Shown here in pieces: positions 20,390-30,920 of a stretch of 64,000 nt of DNA (position 1 is its first letter; the number at the start of each line of letters is the position of its first letter). The DNA is taken from contig JBGSUI010000075.1 of the NCBI GenBank assembly GCA_041736175.1, forward strand, positions 8,536 to 72,535, written 5' to 3'. This stretch comes from Oligoflexales bacterium (lineage in GTDB: Bacteria; Bdellovibrionota_B; Oligoflexia; Oligoflexales; CAIYRB01). The notes beneath the pieces were generated by a model that saw only the letters and a program-made list of their open reading frames with translations, was not told the origin of the DNA and did not search any database. The position numbers and the translations under genes are program-made.

Positions 20390-21301
20390 ATGTCTTTAGC
20401 ATCGATTTCCGCCTCAATGGTCAAAGAACTCCGCGAAAAAACCGGCGTGGGCATGATGGAATGCAAAAAAGCCCTCGAGGAATCCCTGGGGGATATGGAC
20501 AAGGCTGTGATTTGGTTACGTGAGCGAGGCATGAGCCGTGCGGCAAAAAAAGCTGACCGGGTTGCTGCCGAGGGACTTGTAGAGGTCTATGTTCAGCCTG
20601 ACCAAAAAGCTGGCGTCTTGGTGGAGCTTAACTGCGAAACCGATTTTGCTAGCAAAAATGAAGAGTTTAGGACTTTAGCCCTCGAAATCGCTAAGGTGGC
20701 CATCGGCCAAAAAACAGAGTCTGTCGAGACTTTGCTCCAGGCTAAAGCAGGCTCAGATACCGTTAAAAACAAGCTTACCGGCCTAATCGCTAAGATTGGC
20801 GAAAATATGACTCTTAGAAGGGTCAAATTCCTCGCTGTAACCCAAGGGGTTGTTTCAGGCTACTCCCATATGGGTGGCAAGATCGGGACTCTTGTGGCAC
20901 TCGAAGGTGCTACAGATGCTGCTGTAGAAGCTTTGGGTAAAGATTTAGCAATGCATGTGGCTGCAGCGGCTCCCCGTTATATGATCGGGAGCGAAGTGTC
21001 AGCTGCAGAGGTGGACCAAGAGAAGGACATCGCTCGCAAGAGGCTTCTTGAAGAAGGTAAACCTGCAGAAATGATTGAAAAGATTTTAGTCGGCCAAGTT
21101 CAAAAATTTTATAAAGAAGTCTGCTTTTTAGAACAACCATTTGTCAAAGATCCTAGCCTTTCCGTCCAAAAATACGTGGATGCCCAAAAGAAGGGTCTTA
21201 AGGTTAAGGGTTTTTCCAGATTCCAGTTGGGTGAAGGGATCGAAAAGAAAAAAGACGACTTTGCCGCCGAAGTGGCTGCAGCCGCTGGCCTTAAAAACTA
21301 A
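20390..21301 (+). CDS. tsf: Elongation factor Ts
   Basis: VKELREKTGVGMMECKKAL, ELNCETDF, IGENM, FQLGEGIEK. Confidence 0.98.
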   Translation: MSLASISASMVKELREKTGVGMMECKKALEESLGDMDKAVIWLRERGMSRAAKKADRVAAEGLVEVYVQPDQKAGVLVELNCETDFASKNEEFRTLALEIAKVAIGQKTESVETLLQAKAGSDTVKNKLTGLIAKIGENMTLRRVKFLAVTQGVVSGYSHMGGKIGTLVALEGATDAAVEALGKDLAMHVAAAAPRYMIGSEVSAAEVDQEKDIARKRLLEEGKPAEMIEKILVGQVQKFYKEVCFLEQPFVKDPSLSVQKYVDAQKKGLKVKGFSRFQLGEGIEKKKDDFAAEVAAAAGLKN

Positions 21302-21314
21302 GCCTCTTTTATAC

Positions 21315-21375
21315 AAATGCTAACCGCCTCGACTCCCCTCCTATCAGGGGAAGTCAGGCGGTTGGCATTTTTTTT
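21315..21375 (+). terminator. Rho-independent terminator after tsf
   Basis: Long stem aaatgctaaccgcct...aggcggttggcattt followed by a T run. Confidence 0.8.
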
Positions 21376-21458
21376 GTAGGTTTTCTGAACTTTGTTAAGG
21401 TATGAAGGTATCCTTGGATGAAGAAGCTTAAATTAAACTTTCGGCAGATGGTGGGTCT

Positions 21459-22175
21459 ATGGCGGAATGTAAATACGAACATGTGATGTTGAAGCTTTCT
21501 GGTGAAATGTTGGGCGGCAAACAAGGTTATGGCATTGACGGAGATGCCTTGGTCGCCATCGCTAAGGAGATCCAAGAAGTCCACACTCTTGGCTGCCAAG
21601 TTTCTGTGGTGATTGGGGGCGGCAATATCTTTCGGGGGTCCGCCGCGGCCAAGTGGGGAATCGAACGGGCCTCAGCCGACTATATGGGAATGCTTGCTAC
21701 GATTATCAATGCCTTGGCTTTGCAAGCCACCTTGGAAAACAAATTTCAAGTCCATACCAGAGTCATGACGGCCATCAGCATGCCGGAGCTTGCCGAACCC
21801 TATATCCGTCGCAAAGCGATCAAACACCTTGAAGCCCGCCGCGTGGTTATCTTTGCCGGGGGGACCGGTAATCCTCTCTTTACAACCGACACCGCAGCTA
21901 GCCTTAGAGCCCGCGAAGTTGGGGCCGACATTATCCTTAAAGCCACCAAAGTAGATGGAATCTATGATAAAGATCCTATGAAAAATCCAGATGCTAAACG
22001 GTTCACGACCCTGACCTACTTGGATGTCATCTCTAAAAGACTCGACGTTATGGATGCGACAGCCATCACAATGTGTATGGAAGCAAATTTGCCGATCATG
22101 GTATTTAAGTTAGCAGAACCTGGTTCGGTCCGCTATGCCTTGACCCATGAAGGTGTTGGAACCATTGTTAGGTAA
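21459..22175 (+). CDS. pyrH: UMP kinase
   Basis: [38 protein letters not shown]. Confidence 0.97.
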   Translation: MAECKYEHVMLKLSGEMLGGKQGYGIDGDALVAIAKEIQEVHTLGCQVSVVIGGGNIFRGSAAAKWGIERASADYMGMLATIINALALQATLENKFQVHTRVMTAISMPELAEPYIRRKAIKHLEARRVVIFAGGTGNPLFTTDTAASLRAREVGADIILKATKVDGIYDKDPMKNPDAKRFTTLTYLDVISKRLDVMDATAITMCMEANLPIMVFKLAEPGSVRYALTHEGVGTIVR

Positions 22176-22196
22176 AATTAAGAAAGGCTATATACC

Positions 22197-22751
22197 ATGG
22201 ATAAAATCACAGAAACATGCAAAGAGCAGATGGAAAAAAGACTCAAGGCTTTTGAAAACGAACTCGCCAGGGTTCGGACCGGCCGTGCGTCGATCACACT
22301 CCTCGATGGGATCAAAGTGGATTACTATGGTTCCCCAACCCCAATCAATCAAGTGGGGACCCTCTCGACACCCGATGCCAGAACCATTGTGATTGCCCCT
22401 TTTGAAAAAAAGGTTATCCAGGATATCGAAAAAGCCATCCAAAAAGCCGATCTTGGGATCCAACCTACCAACGATGGCAACGTCGTCCGGATCCCTATCC
22501 CCGCACTCACCGAGGAGCGGCGCAAGGATATCGTCAAAAGCCTCAAAAAAATGGGCGAAGAATGCAAAGTATCCTTACGAAATATCCGTCGCGACAATAA
22601 TGACCTCGCTAAAAAGTCCCTCAAAGACAAAAAAATCAGTGAAGATGACGCTAAAAAGCTCGAAGGCGAGATTCAAAAAGTGACTGACCAGTATATTAAG
22701 GTTGTCGACGAGCGCTTGGCTAAAAAAGAGCAAGAAATCATGAAAATATGA
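22197..22751 (+). CDS. frr: Ribosome recycling factor
   Basis: RTGRAS, VDYYGSPTP, PALTEERR, RNIRRD. Confidence 0.97.
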   Translation: MDKITETCKEQMEKRLKAFENELARVRTGRASITLLDGIKVDYYGSPTPINQVGTLSTPDARTIVIAPFEKKVIQDIEKAIQKADLGIQPTNDGNVVRIPIPALTEERRKDIVKSLKKMGEECKVSLRNIRRDNNDLAKKSLKDKKISEDDAKKLEGEIQKVTDQYIKVVDERLAKKEQEIMKI

Positions 22752-22755
22752 GGTT

Positions 22756-23811
22756 GTGATGTTTTCCCTCTCCCGAGGCTTGACCTTTGATGATGTCCTA
22801 TTGGTACCTGCCTATAATGGTATCAAATCGAGAAATTTGGTGATGACGGGAGTTAAGATCGCAGGAAGAACCTTTGATATTCCTCTCGTTAGTTCCAATA
22901 TGGATACGATCACGGGCCTGGAAATGGCACAATTTATGGCACAGCAGGGCGGCCTGGCATTGCTCCATCGCTTTATGTCCATTGAAGAAAACATCAAAGC
23001 ATTTAAGTCCGCACAAAATCCACAAAAGGTCGGAATTTCCATCGGAATCGGCCAAGAAGGGTTTGCCAGGGCCGAGGCCCTTATCGATGCTGGGGCTGAG
23101 ATTGTGTGCGTGGATGTGGCCCATGGCCACTCCAAAGAGGTGAATCGAACGATTCGCGATTTACGCAGCCGCTTTCACGATAACATCATGATCCTTGCAG
23201 GTAATGTGGCAACCTACGCTGGCGCCGATTACCTTGCTTCTGCTGGAGCGGATGTCATTAAAGTGGGGATAGGCAGCGGCTCGGTATGCACCACTCGCAT
23301 TAAAGCCGGCTATGGTGTCCCCCAGCTATCAGCGATCTTTGAATGCTCTAAAATCGACCGCTCCATCGTTGCGGACGGAGGCATCCGCTACCCTGGAGAT
23401 GCGGTCAAGGCCCTTGCAGCAGGAGCTGATCTTATCATGCTCGGTGGGATGCTTGCAGGCACCGATGAAACTCCTGGCGACCTCGTGGAAAAAACCATGC
23501 CTGACGGGTCTAAGAAGTCCTTTAAAAAGTTCAGGGGAATGGCCTCACGGGAAGCCCAAGAAGACTTTATGGGAGTGATGCAGGATTGGAAAACAGCCGA
23601 AGGTGTTGCCGTTGAGGTTCCCGCCAAAGGTCCAGCTATCAACGTGATTCTAGATATTATGGGAGGAATTCGCTCCGGGATGACCTATTCGGGAGCCACT
23701 GAGATTCGAGATCTTAAACGCAAAGCACAATTTATCGAAATCACCCAAGCGGGTCGCGTGGAGGGGACTCCCCATGCAGTCGATCGATATTCAAACGGCA
23801 GGACTTTTTAA
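22756..23811 (+). CDS. guaC: IMPDH/GMP reductase family protein without CBS domains, probably GMP reductase
   Basis: LTFDDVLLVP, DVAHGHS, GSGSVCTTR (catalytic Cys), ADGG; flap FRGMAS...KTAEG lacks the IMPDH RY dyad. Confidence 0.75.
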   Translation: MMFSLSRGLTFDDVLLVPAYNGIKSRNLVMTGVKIAGRTFDIPLVSSNMDTITGLEMAQFMAQQGGLALLHRFMSIEENIKAFKSAQNPQKVGISIGIGQEGFARAEALIDAGAEIVCVDVAHGHSKEVNRTIRDLRSRFHDNIMILAGNVATYAGADYLASAGADVIKVGIGSGSVCTTRIKAGYGVPQLSAIFECSKIDRSIVADGGIRYPGDAVKALAAGADLIMLGGMLAGTDETPGDLVEKTMPDGSKKSFKKFRGMASREAQEDFMGVMQDWKTAEGVAVEVPAKGPAINVILDIMGGIRSGMTYSGATEIRDLKRKAQFIEITQAGRVEGTPHAVDRYSNGRTF

Positions 23812-23813
23812 TC

Positions 23814-25271
23814 ATGGGTCCTGCTAAGAGCGCACTTCAGGTCGCCCAAGAGATCCTCCAGAGAGAGCGGTCTGTCGTCGACGTCGTTAGCGAGTCTTTA
23901 AACCAGATTGGTGCATTGAACCCACAGATTGGTGCTGTGGTATACCTCCGCAGCCAAAAGGCTCTGGAAGAAGCTGATGGGGCCGATCGGTGGCTAAAAA
24001 CAAATCCCAAAGAGATCCCCACCTTTTTTGGCGTCCCGACACTGATTAAGGATTTGACCGAGGTCCAAGGAGATGTGGTCACCCATGGCTCAAGAGCCTT
24101 TGCGGACAAAATCGGCAGCTACGATGCTACGGTGGTCAGCAAAATCAAACAAGGTGGAATGATCCTCGTGGGTCGCTCCAATAGCCCTGAGTTTGGTTCG
24201 TTACCTGTGACAGAAAACCTGCTCCATGGTCCTACCCGCAATCCTTGGAACCTAGAACACACCCCGGGAGGATCCAGCGGCGGCGCGGCAGCAGCGGTCG
24301 CAGCCCAGATGGTGCCCATAGCCCATGCCAGTGACGGGGGCGGGTCGATCAGGATACCGGCATCCTGTTGTGGGTTGATTGGCCTTAAACCCCAGCGGGG
24401 GAGGGTCCCCAAGGGTCCATGGGTTACAGAGATTCTCCACGGTATTTCTACAGATGGCTGCGTCTCACACACCGTCGAAGATTCTGCTGCGTTTCTAGAT
24501 ATGATCAGCCATCGCGATCCACTCGCCTGGTTTGGTCTAGAAACCCGCCCTGGTTGCTTTCAGGAAGGGCTTAAACTCCCAACACCCAAGCTTAGGATTG
24601 GCTACACCTTACAGGGTCCTATCATCCCGAGATCGCCGTACACCCGACGTCCTTCGGGAACCGGATCTGTGGATACTGTGTGTATCGAAGCTTTGGATCA
24701 TACCCTAAACAAACTACGGGACCTTGGGCACGAAGTGTTTGAGGCCACCATCCCTTGGCCAAAGGATGGCGACGATCTCCTGGGAGATTTTATCGCACTT
24801 TGGGCGAGTGCAGGCGCCTATATGCCTCACGTGGATGAATCCCTCATCGAACCCTTTAACCTAGCTCTCCGCCGCTATGGACAGGACCAAACTAGTTTTG
24901 ATTTTGTCGCTGCTGTCGCTCGTCTGCAGGTGTATTCGCGAAAGTTTCTTACCTCTATGGTTTCCCATTGCGATATTTTAGTCACTCCTACCCTTGCTAT
25001 TGAACCACCCCCCATAGGCTGGCATTTTGAGCCTTTGGATTCTGCGGCATCCGAGACAACGCCAACCAACGCAACAATAGTCTTGGACATGATGCTCAGG
25101 GCCTGTGCGCTCACCCCCTATACGTGTTTAGCCAATATCACCGGTCAGCCAGCTATCTCAGTGCCATCCATCAAGTCCACCAAGGGTCTGCCGATTGGAG
25201 TTCAGTTGATGGGTCCGCCAATGGGAGAGAGACTCCTCCTCCAACTAGCCAGGGATATTCTACTAGTATAA
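23814..25271 (+). CDS. Amidase signature family protein
   Basis: GVPTLIKD, GGSSGG, SDGGGSIRIPAS, GLPIGVQL. Confidence 0.92.
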   Translation: MGPAKSALQVAQEILQRERSVVDVVSESLNQIGALNPQIGAVVYLRSQKALEEADGADRWLKTNPKEIPTFFGVPTLIKDLTEVQGDVVTHGSRAFADKIGSYDATVVSKIKQGGMILVGRSNSPEFGSLPVTENLLHGPTRNPWNLEHTPGGSSGGAAAAVAAQMVPIAHASDGGGSIRIPASCCGLIGLKPQRGRVPKGPWVTEILHGISTDGCVSHTVEDSAAFLDMISHRDPLAWFGLETRPGCFQEGLKLPTPKLRIGYTLQGPIIPRSPYTRRPSGTGSVDTVCIEALDHTLNKLRDLGHEVFEATIPWPKDGDDLLGDFIALWASAGAYMPHVDESLIEPFNLALRRYGQDQTSFDFVAAVARLQVYSRKFLTSMVSHCDILVTPTLAIEPPPIGWHFEPLDSAASETTPTNATIVLDMMLRACALTPYTCLANITGQPAISVPSIKSTKGLPIGVQLMGPPMGERLLLQLARDILLV

Positions 25272-25279
25272 GCGCTCCG

Positions 25280-26509
25280 TTATAATTCTTTAGAAGGATC
25301 ATTAAGGGTAGTCAACCGCCTTTTCTTGATTCGTTCGACCAGGGTGGTTCGGTTGAGTCCTAGGAGTTTGGCAGCTTGGTTTCTATTTTGTCCCGTGCGA
25401 TCCAGAGCCTGAAGGATCAAGGAATTTTCGAGACCCTCTATAAATTCTTGCAAGTTTAATCCTTCTTGGGGTAACTGACCAAATTTCTCCGGGAGAAAAA
25501 GCTCCTTTTTTATGGTTGGCAAAGTGAGACTGCTGGCGTGGGACTTTAAGCCACTAGACAGGTGATTTGTCGGTTCTTGAGACCGGATGGGGGTACGATC
25601 TCCTTGAGAAAAGGGATATTCAATACCGAGGTCGGCGGCTAGTTGTTTCCAAAGGTCCGGTGGAACATCGCGGGAACTAATGGTGCCACCGCCCTTCATC
25701 ACAAACAGCCTCTCAATCGTATTTTGAAGCTGCCTAATGTTTCCTGGCCAAGCAAGATGTGAAAACTGTTGGATCAAGTCTTCCGCAAGGTAACAGGGAT
25801 CGTGGTTGATATGGGTGCGGTTAGTAATATCGGTAAAATATTCGATCAAATGGGGAATATCATCTGGTCGGTCCCGTAAAGCCGGAATATGAATGGGCAG
25901 GACATTGAGTCGGTAATAGAGATCCAGTCGAAATTCACCTTTTTTGACCGCTTGGGCCAAATCTTTATTAGTGGCTGCGACGATTCTAACATTGACTTCT
26001 TTTAATTCATTGCCACCGACAGGCGCAAACTTCTTATCTTGAAGAACTCTCAGCAGTTTGGCTTGAAGGGTCAAAGCCATATCACCAATTTCATCTAGAA
26101 ATATAGTCCCACCTTCTGCGTATTCAAACTTACCCGACCGCCGCCGATCGGCACCGGTAAAGGCCCCTCGCTCGTGGCCAAAAAGATCCGATTCAAGGAG
26201 ATTTTCCGGTATAGCGCTACAGTTGAGCGGCACATAGGGGCGATCTGCCCGTGCAGAAAGCCGATGGATCGCTGCCGCGATTAGTTCTTTGCCTGTGCCG
26301 CTTTCCCCTAAAATCAACACAGAGCTCTCACTACGGGCGACTTTATAGGCAGTCTCCAGAACCTGAAGCAGGCTGCTGCTACGTCCTATAACCTCGGGAA
26401 AGAGCTGCCGCCAGGATTCGGGGGTATCAGGTGTACGAGTGATTCCTAGCAGTGCTGAACTGGGAGAAGCCTTCATTTCACTTAAGGGATAATCGTCCCA
26501 TCGTGCCAT
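25280..26509 (-). CDS. Sigma54-dependent enhancer-binding protein (AAA+ and Fis HTH), no N-terminal sensor
   Basis: [56 protein letters not shown]. Confidence 0.93.
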   Translation of the reverse strand: MARWDDYPLSEMKASPSSALLGITRTPDTPESWRQLFPEVIGRSSSLLQVLETAYKVARSESSVLILGESGTGKELIAAAIHRLSARADRPYVPLNCSAIPENLLESDLFGHERGAFTGADRRRSGKFEYAEGGTIFLDEIGDMALTLQAKLLRVLQDKKFAPVGGNELKEVNVRIVAATNKDLAQAVKKGEFRLDLYYRLNVLPIHIPALRDRPDDIPHLIEYFTDITNRTHINHDPCYLAEDLIQQFSHLAWPGNIRQLQNTIERLFVMKGGGTISSRDVPPDLWKQLAADLGIEYPFSQGDRTPIRSQEPTNHLSSGLKSHASSLTLPTIKKELFLPEKFGQLPQEGLNLQEFIEGLENSLILQALDRTGQNRNQAAKLLGLNRTTLVERIKKRRLTTLNDPSKEL

Positions 26510-26729
26510 AAAAATAGGTTTCCTTTAGTTTTTTTGAACACTGTTAGGAAGGGATAAACTAGGAAATCGGGGATTCATAAAAGCTAGTGGGTAGGTCTCT
26601 AAGGTAGGAAAAAAGCCTTGTGTGTTATATCTTACCAAAAAACTGGCTGCTAGCGCAATTATTGCCGTCTTTGACGGCAAATCCTGCTACATTCAAAAAG
26701 AGCGATTTCAAAAGCGGGGGGGCAGGTCA

Positions 26730-27833
26730 TTGGATTTTGCAAAGCTGAGGGTGTGTCTTGTTCATGATTGGCTTGTCACCTACCGGGGGGGAGAAAAAGT
26801 CTTAGAAACTCTTTGCGAGTTGTTTCCCCAGGCACCAATTTTCACGCTTTTCTACGATCCCCGTAAGATGCCACCCGGTATCACCGGCCATCAGATTTAC
26901 ACACCTAAATTTAGCCGTCTACTGGCCCCTACTCGAAAGATTCTTCTTCCCTTACTTCCCAAAATGATCGAAAGCTTTAATCTCGATTCCTATGACCTTA
27001 TCGTCAGTTCGTCATCTTGTGTTGCTAAAGGAGCTATTAAACGACCGGGTGCTAAACATATTTGTTATATTCATTCGCCCATGCGATATGTTTGGGACCA
27101 AATGGAGGAGTATATTCAGGGTGTAAAGTCGCTCCCTGGTGCCGAAAAAATGATCCGTGCCTACGCCCCTAAAATGAGATCTTGGGATGTAGGCTCTGCC
27201 CAAGGAGTCGATCAATTTGTCGCCAATTCTAGTTTTGTCCAAGACCGCGTGCAGAGATATTATAACCGTAGGGCCTCCGTGATTCACCCACCTGTTAATA
27301 TCGACTGGTACCAAAAAGCAAGCCTGGAAACACCAAAAGGTGGCTATCTCCTAGCAGCCGGTGCCATGGTTTCATACAAACGGTTTGATTTAGCGATTGA
27401 CGCTTGTGAACGTCTTGGTAAAAGGTTGATACTTGCGGGCAGTGGCCCCATGTTACCGCAACTTAAAAAAATGGCCGGTAACCACTGCCAATTCATCATC
27501 CAACCAGACGACCTAACCTTTGCCAAACTGCTCGCCGGTGCGGAGGCTCTGATTTTCCCTGGGGTCGAGGATTTTGGAATGATCGCTATAGAAGCTATGG
27601 CCGCAGGAACTCCTGTCATAGCTTTAAAGAAAGGAGGCGCTTTGGATTTTATCAAAGTCCATGAGACTGGCCTCTTTTTCCCTGAGCCGACAGTACAGGA
27701 TCTCGTCCACTGCATCGATCGTTTTAAGGCTCAAGACTTTAAGCGAGAGATCCTTTGGAATTGGGTGCTTGGGTTTGGAAAATCCTCATTTCTCCTAAAA
27801 ATGAAAAGCGAAATAGATTCCTTATTTGTTTAG
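26730..27833 (+). CDS. Glycosyltransferase family 4 (mannosyltransferase-like)
   Basis: VHDWLVTYRGGEKVL, YIHSPMRYVWD, EDFGMIAIEAMAAG; TTG start at 26730 assumed. Confidence 0.9.
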   Translation: MDFAKLRVCLVHDWLVTYRGGEKVLETLCELFPQAPIFTLFYDPRKMPPGITGHQIYTPKFSRLLAPTRKILLPLLPKMIESFNLDSYDLIVSSSSCVAKGAIKRPGAKHICYIHSPMRYVWDQMEEYIQGVKSLPGAEKMIRAYAPKMRSWDVGSAQGVDQFVANSSFVQDRVQRYYNRRASVIHPPVNIDWYQKASLETPKGGYLLAAGAMVSYKRFDLAIDACERLGKRLILAGSGPMLPQLKKMAGNHCQFIIQPDDLTFAKLLAGAEALIFPGVEDFGMIAIEAMAAGTPVIALKKGGALDFIKVHETGLFFPEPTVQDLVHCIDRFKAQDFKREILWNWVLGFGKSSFLLKMKSEIDSLFV

Positions 27834-27852
27834 AGAGTAAAGGATTAACAAT

Positions 27853-29271
27853 ATGCGTCGTCAAGTCGAAGATACCATCCTATTCATTCGTTTCAGCATC
27901 GATATGTCAATGCTGTGTTTGGCATGGATTATTGCTTATTTCTTTAGATTTTCAGGGGCGATTCCTATCCCGAGAGGGATTCCAGAGTTTGAACTCTATG
28001 CCAAACTCCTGCCATTTATTTGGATCATCTGGATGATTGCATTTTATACTGCTGGATTTTACCGTCGAACCGGCCGTCATAGATCAGCCTTTATTGAAGC
28101 TCTCGATATACTACAAAGTTGTTTATTTGCTACCATCCTCTTTATTGCTTTTACTTATGTTTACGACGAATACCGCTATTCACGAGGGATGCTCGCTATA
28201 TTCGCCGGGGTTCATCCTTGGTTAATCATTACTGGAAGGAGCTTAGTTCGCAAATCTTTGCGTCGGTTTCGCAAACAAAGCCCCGCTCGCCGCATCCTTG
28301 TCATTGGCGAAGGAGAAAATCTTTACCGTGCGATCGATTTGATCGAAAAAGATGATTTTTATTTTAATCATATCCAAGCCGTTATCATCATCGAGCCCTC
28401 TGAAACCCAGATACAAGACAAAGAATTTTGCACCACTAAAAATCTGCAATCTTTCCCCATACCCAAAGATATAGCGAGGTTTGTATCTGAACAAAAAATA
28501 GATAGCGCGGTCTTAGCAATCCCCCACAAATCTTACTGGTTTTTGGATCTCTACCTCGAAAAAATTGCCGACCAAGTCCCAGAAATAAAAATCATTCCTG
28601 ATCTCCTACGATTTACCCGATTTGCCGCCGATTTTGAGGTCATGGGCGGAATTCCCATGATCTTGATCAACGAAAGTCCTATGGTGGGCATTCGGTCCTT
28701 GGTTAAACGGCTTATCGATTTTTTTGGATCCCTCACGGCCCTTTTGCTACTCAGTCCTCTGATGGTAATGATCTCCATCCTGGTTAAACTAACGTCACCA
28801 GGTCCCGTCTTTTACCGCCAAGAAAGGATGGGGCTCGATGGTAAAACCTTCGAAATGCTTAAGTTTAGGTCGATGCCAGTCAACGCCGAACATTCGACCG
28901 GAGCGGTCTGGGCCACTCCAAATGACTCAAGGGCCACAAGGGTGGGCAAATGGCTCCGCAAAACCAGCTTAGACGAGCTGCCCCAGTTTATAAACGTCCT
29001 TACAGGCGAGATGAGCCTGGTGGGTCCACGACCTGAACGACCCGTTTTTGTAGAACAATTTAGAACCCATGTGCCCGGCTACTACTTGAGGCACAAGACC
29101 AAAGCGGGGATTACTGGTTGGGCCCAGGTCAATGGATGGAGAGGCAATACTTCGATCGAAAAGAGGATCGAATTCGACCTCTATTATATTCAAAACTGGT
29201 CTTTAAGGTTTGATTTTAAAATCCTTTTTTTAACGATCATCAAGGGCTTTATAAACAAAAACGCTTACTAG
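27853..29271 (+). CDS. wcaJ: Undecaprenyl-phosphate glucose phosphotransferase (WcaJ-like priming transferase)
   Basis: N-terminal TMs, [44 protein letters not shown]. Confidence 0.9.
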   Translation: MRRQVEDTILFIRFSIDMSMLCLAWIIAYFFRFSGAIPIPRGIPEFELYAKLLPFIWIIWMIAFYTAGFYRRTGRHRSAFIEALDILQSCLFATILFIAFTYVYDEYRYSRGMLAIFAGVHPWLIITGRSLVRKSLRRFRKQSPARRILVIGEGENLYRAIDLIEKDDFYFNHIQAVIIIEPSETQIQDKEFCTTKNLQSFPIPKDIARFVSEQKIDSAVLAIPHKSYWFLDLYLEKIADQVPEIKIIPDLLRFTRFAADFEVMGGIPMILINESPMVGIRSLVKRLIDFFGSLTALLLLSPLMVMISILVKLTSPGPVFYRQERMGLDGKTFEMLKFRSMPVNAEHSTGAVWATPNDSRATRVGKWLRKTSLDELPQFINVLTGEMSLVGPRPERPVFVEQFRTHVPGYYLRHKTKAGITGWAQVNGWRGNTSIEKRIEFDLYYIQNWSLRFDFKILFLTIIKGFINKNAY

Positions 29272-29277
29272 TTTATA

Positions 29278-29306
29278 TTGACATTTTTGTTTATTTTTGT
29301 TAAATC
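29278..29306 (+). promoter_or_regulatory. Putative sigma70 promoter of the metalloprotease gene
   Basis: TTGACA-N17-TAAATC, followed by palindrome ATGTGGT-GAG-ACCACAT (29316-29332). Confidence 0.55.
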
Positions 29307-29387
29307 TTTAACCAGATGTGGTGAGACCACATGTCGCGCTGATGCTGAGCTGAATGATTGACCTGTTGCTGCGGAACTCAAACGACT

Positions 29388-29969
29388 ATGAAAAATTTCT
29401 TTTGGCATTCACTATGGCTTATATCCATACCTACCTTAACAACCTCCTGTGGAACTGCTTATAAAGTCGAAAAATTCAAAAGTTATAGGCTCTTTCTTGT
29501 AGAACCAAATCAAGATCTTGAGCCTGAATTTAGGACTCTTATCGACGAATTCAATGTACAAGCGGGTCAAAACGTTTTGACCTACGCAAAAAATGCCGAA
29601 GATGCTAATTCGGCTATTGTGGTGACCGCTGGCTTAAAAAATGCCACCGCTGGCAAAGTCGGTCTTGGTCAATGGCTTGCTGAATCTAGGACATCTGACA
29701 ACTCTTTTTCTATAGAAGGACGACCTTCAAAACAAAAGGTCTATTATTCTATGAGGATAGAGTTTGACCTCGATTATTTTATGACACGCCTCGGCAACGA
29801 CCCCACAAAAAAATACGAGAAGCAAAAGCTCTTTTTTCATGAAGTAGGGCACGGACTTGAGATGAATCACAACAATAAAAATACAGAAGATCTTATGTAC
29901 CCTGACATCTCAGGAGAAAAAGATTTTAGTTACTTTTTTCAACAAGTCAGAAAATACATGTCAAACTAA
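29388..29969 (+). CDS. Matrixin-like zinc metalloprotease lipoprotein
   Basis: Possible lipobox TTSC; HEVGHGLEMNH zinc motif and Met-turn DLMYP. Confidence 0.75.
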   Translation: MKNFFWHSLWLISIPTLTTSCGTAYKVEKFKSYRLFLVEPNQDLEPEFRTLIDEFNVQAGQNVLTYAKNAEDANSAIVVTAGLKNATAGKVGLGQWLAESRTSDNSFSIEGRPSKQKVYYSMRIEFDLDYFMTRLGNDPTKKYEKQKLFFHEVGHGLEMNHNNKNTEDLMYPDISGEKDFSYFFQQVRKYMSN

Positions 29970-30094
29970 TTTTTATTTATTTAAATTGGCTCTACAAGTA
30001 TAGCCTAACGATTTTTGTTGTGATATATTTAAGTAAGTGTCTCCCCCCCGCTTTCTTCTTTAAAATCCATCCAACTAAATCGATAGGTACCAAC

Positions 30095-30811
30095 ATGGGA
30101 CAACTGGCGCGCCGTTTGGAGAACGATCAATATACCATCATTTTAGATCCGCAAAGTAGCTTAGCGACTACTATCGGACAGGCAACCGACACAAAATCAA
30201 AGTGGTTTCAGTCTTTCGCTGATCTCATCGAAGAACACAAAAACAATCCAATTCATGCTCTTGCTTTTTTTGTTAATCTCAATGTTTTCAAATCCGATCC
30301 TAAAGTTCTGCCGAGCCTTAAGGATACCTTTCCAGTCTGCCCTGTCTTTGTCCTAACAGAGTCCTCCTCCGAGGAGCTTACCGAGGCCATGGCCTTGGGT
30401 GCAGACGATTTCTTACTAACGCCCATTGAACCATCCATCCTGAAGTTAAGGTTTTTGGTTCGCAAAGCGGCTATTGCTAAAAGAGCCTCTCGAGACTCGG
30501 TGACCGTAGGTGATCTAACGATCGATACGGTCTCTCGCACAGTTTCCAGCCCTAAAACATCTAAATTTTTCTCAAATATTGAGATTCGTTTGATCAGCCT
30601 ATTGGCGCAAAATTTTGGTAAAGTCGTCACTAGGGAAGCACTCAAGGCGTACGGTTGGCCTAATTTAGAAGTCACGGACAACGCCTTAAACCGTAAACTT
30701 TATGAAATCAGACATAGAATTAACATTTTGTCTTCGAATGTTAATATAAGAACCCTCTACGGAGTCGGGTTTATACTCGAAAAAATGTCACTACTCGATG
30801 AAACTGCCTAA
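30095..30811 (+). CDS. OmpR-type winged-helix regulator with a degenerate receiver domain
   Basis: GADDFL, GDLTID, VVTREAL, IRTLYGVGF; receiver acidic pocket, Asp and Lys appear substituted. Confidence 0.8.
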   Translation: MGQLARRLENDQYTIILDPQSSLATTIGQATDTKSKWFQSFADLIEEHKNNPIHALAFFVNLNVFKSDPKVLPSLKDTFPVCPVFVLTESSSEELTEAMALGADDFLLTPIEPSILKLRFLVRKAAIAKRASRDSVTVGDLTIDTVSRTVSSPKTSKFFSNIEIRLISLLAQNFGKVVTREALKAYGWPNLEVTDNALNRKLYEIRHRINILSSNVNIRTLYGVGFILEKMSLLDETA

Positions 30812-30920
30812 TAGCTTCGCCAAAACGAAGGGGCCTTATTTCGAATCTAGATCTTTTTGGTTTTCTGTAACATACTCTTCCGTATAGTTTTCTCTCTATC
30901 AAAGACTCAAGGAGGTCCCG

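Noticed and set aside
26650..26668. Minus-strand GGCAATAATTGCGC as a sigma54 promoter for the activator gene
   Set aside because: With correct spacing there is no TT before the -12 GC.
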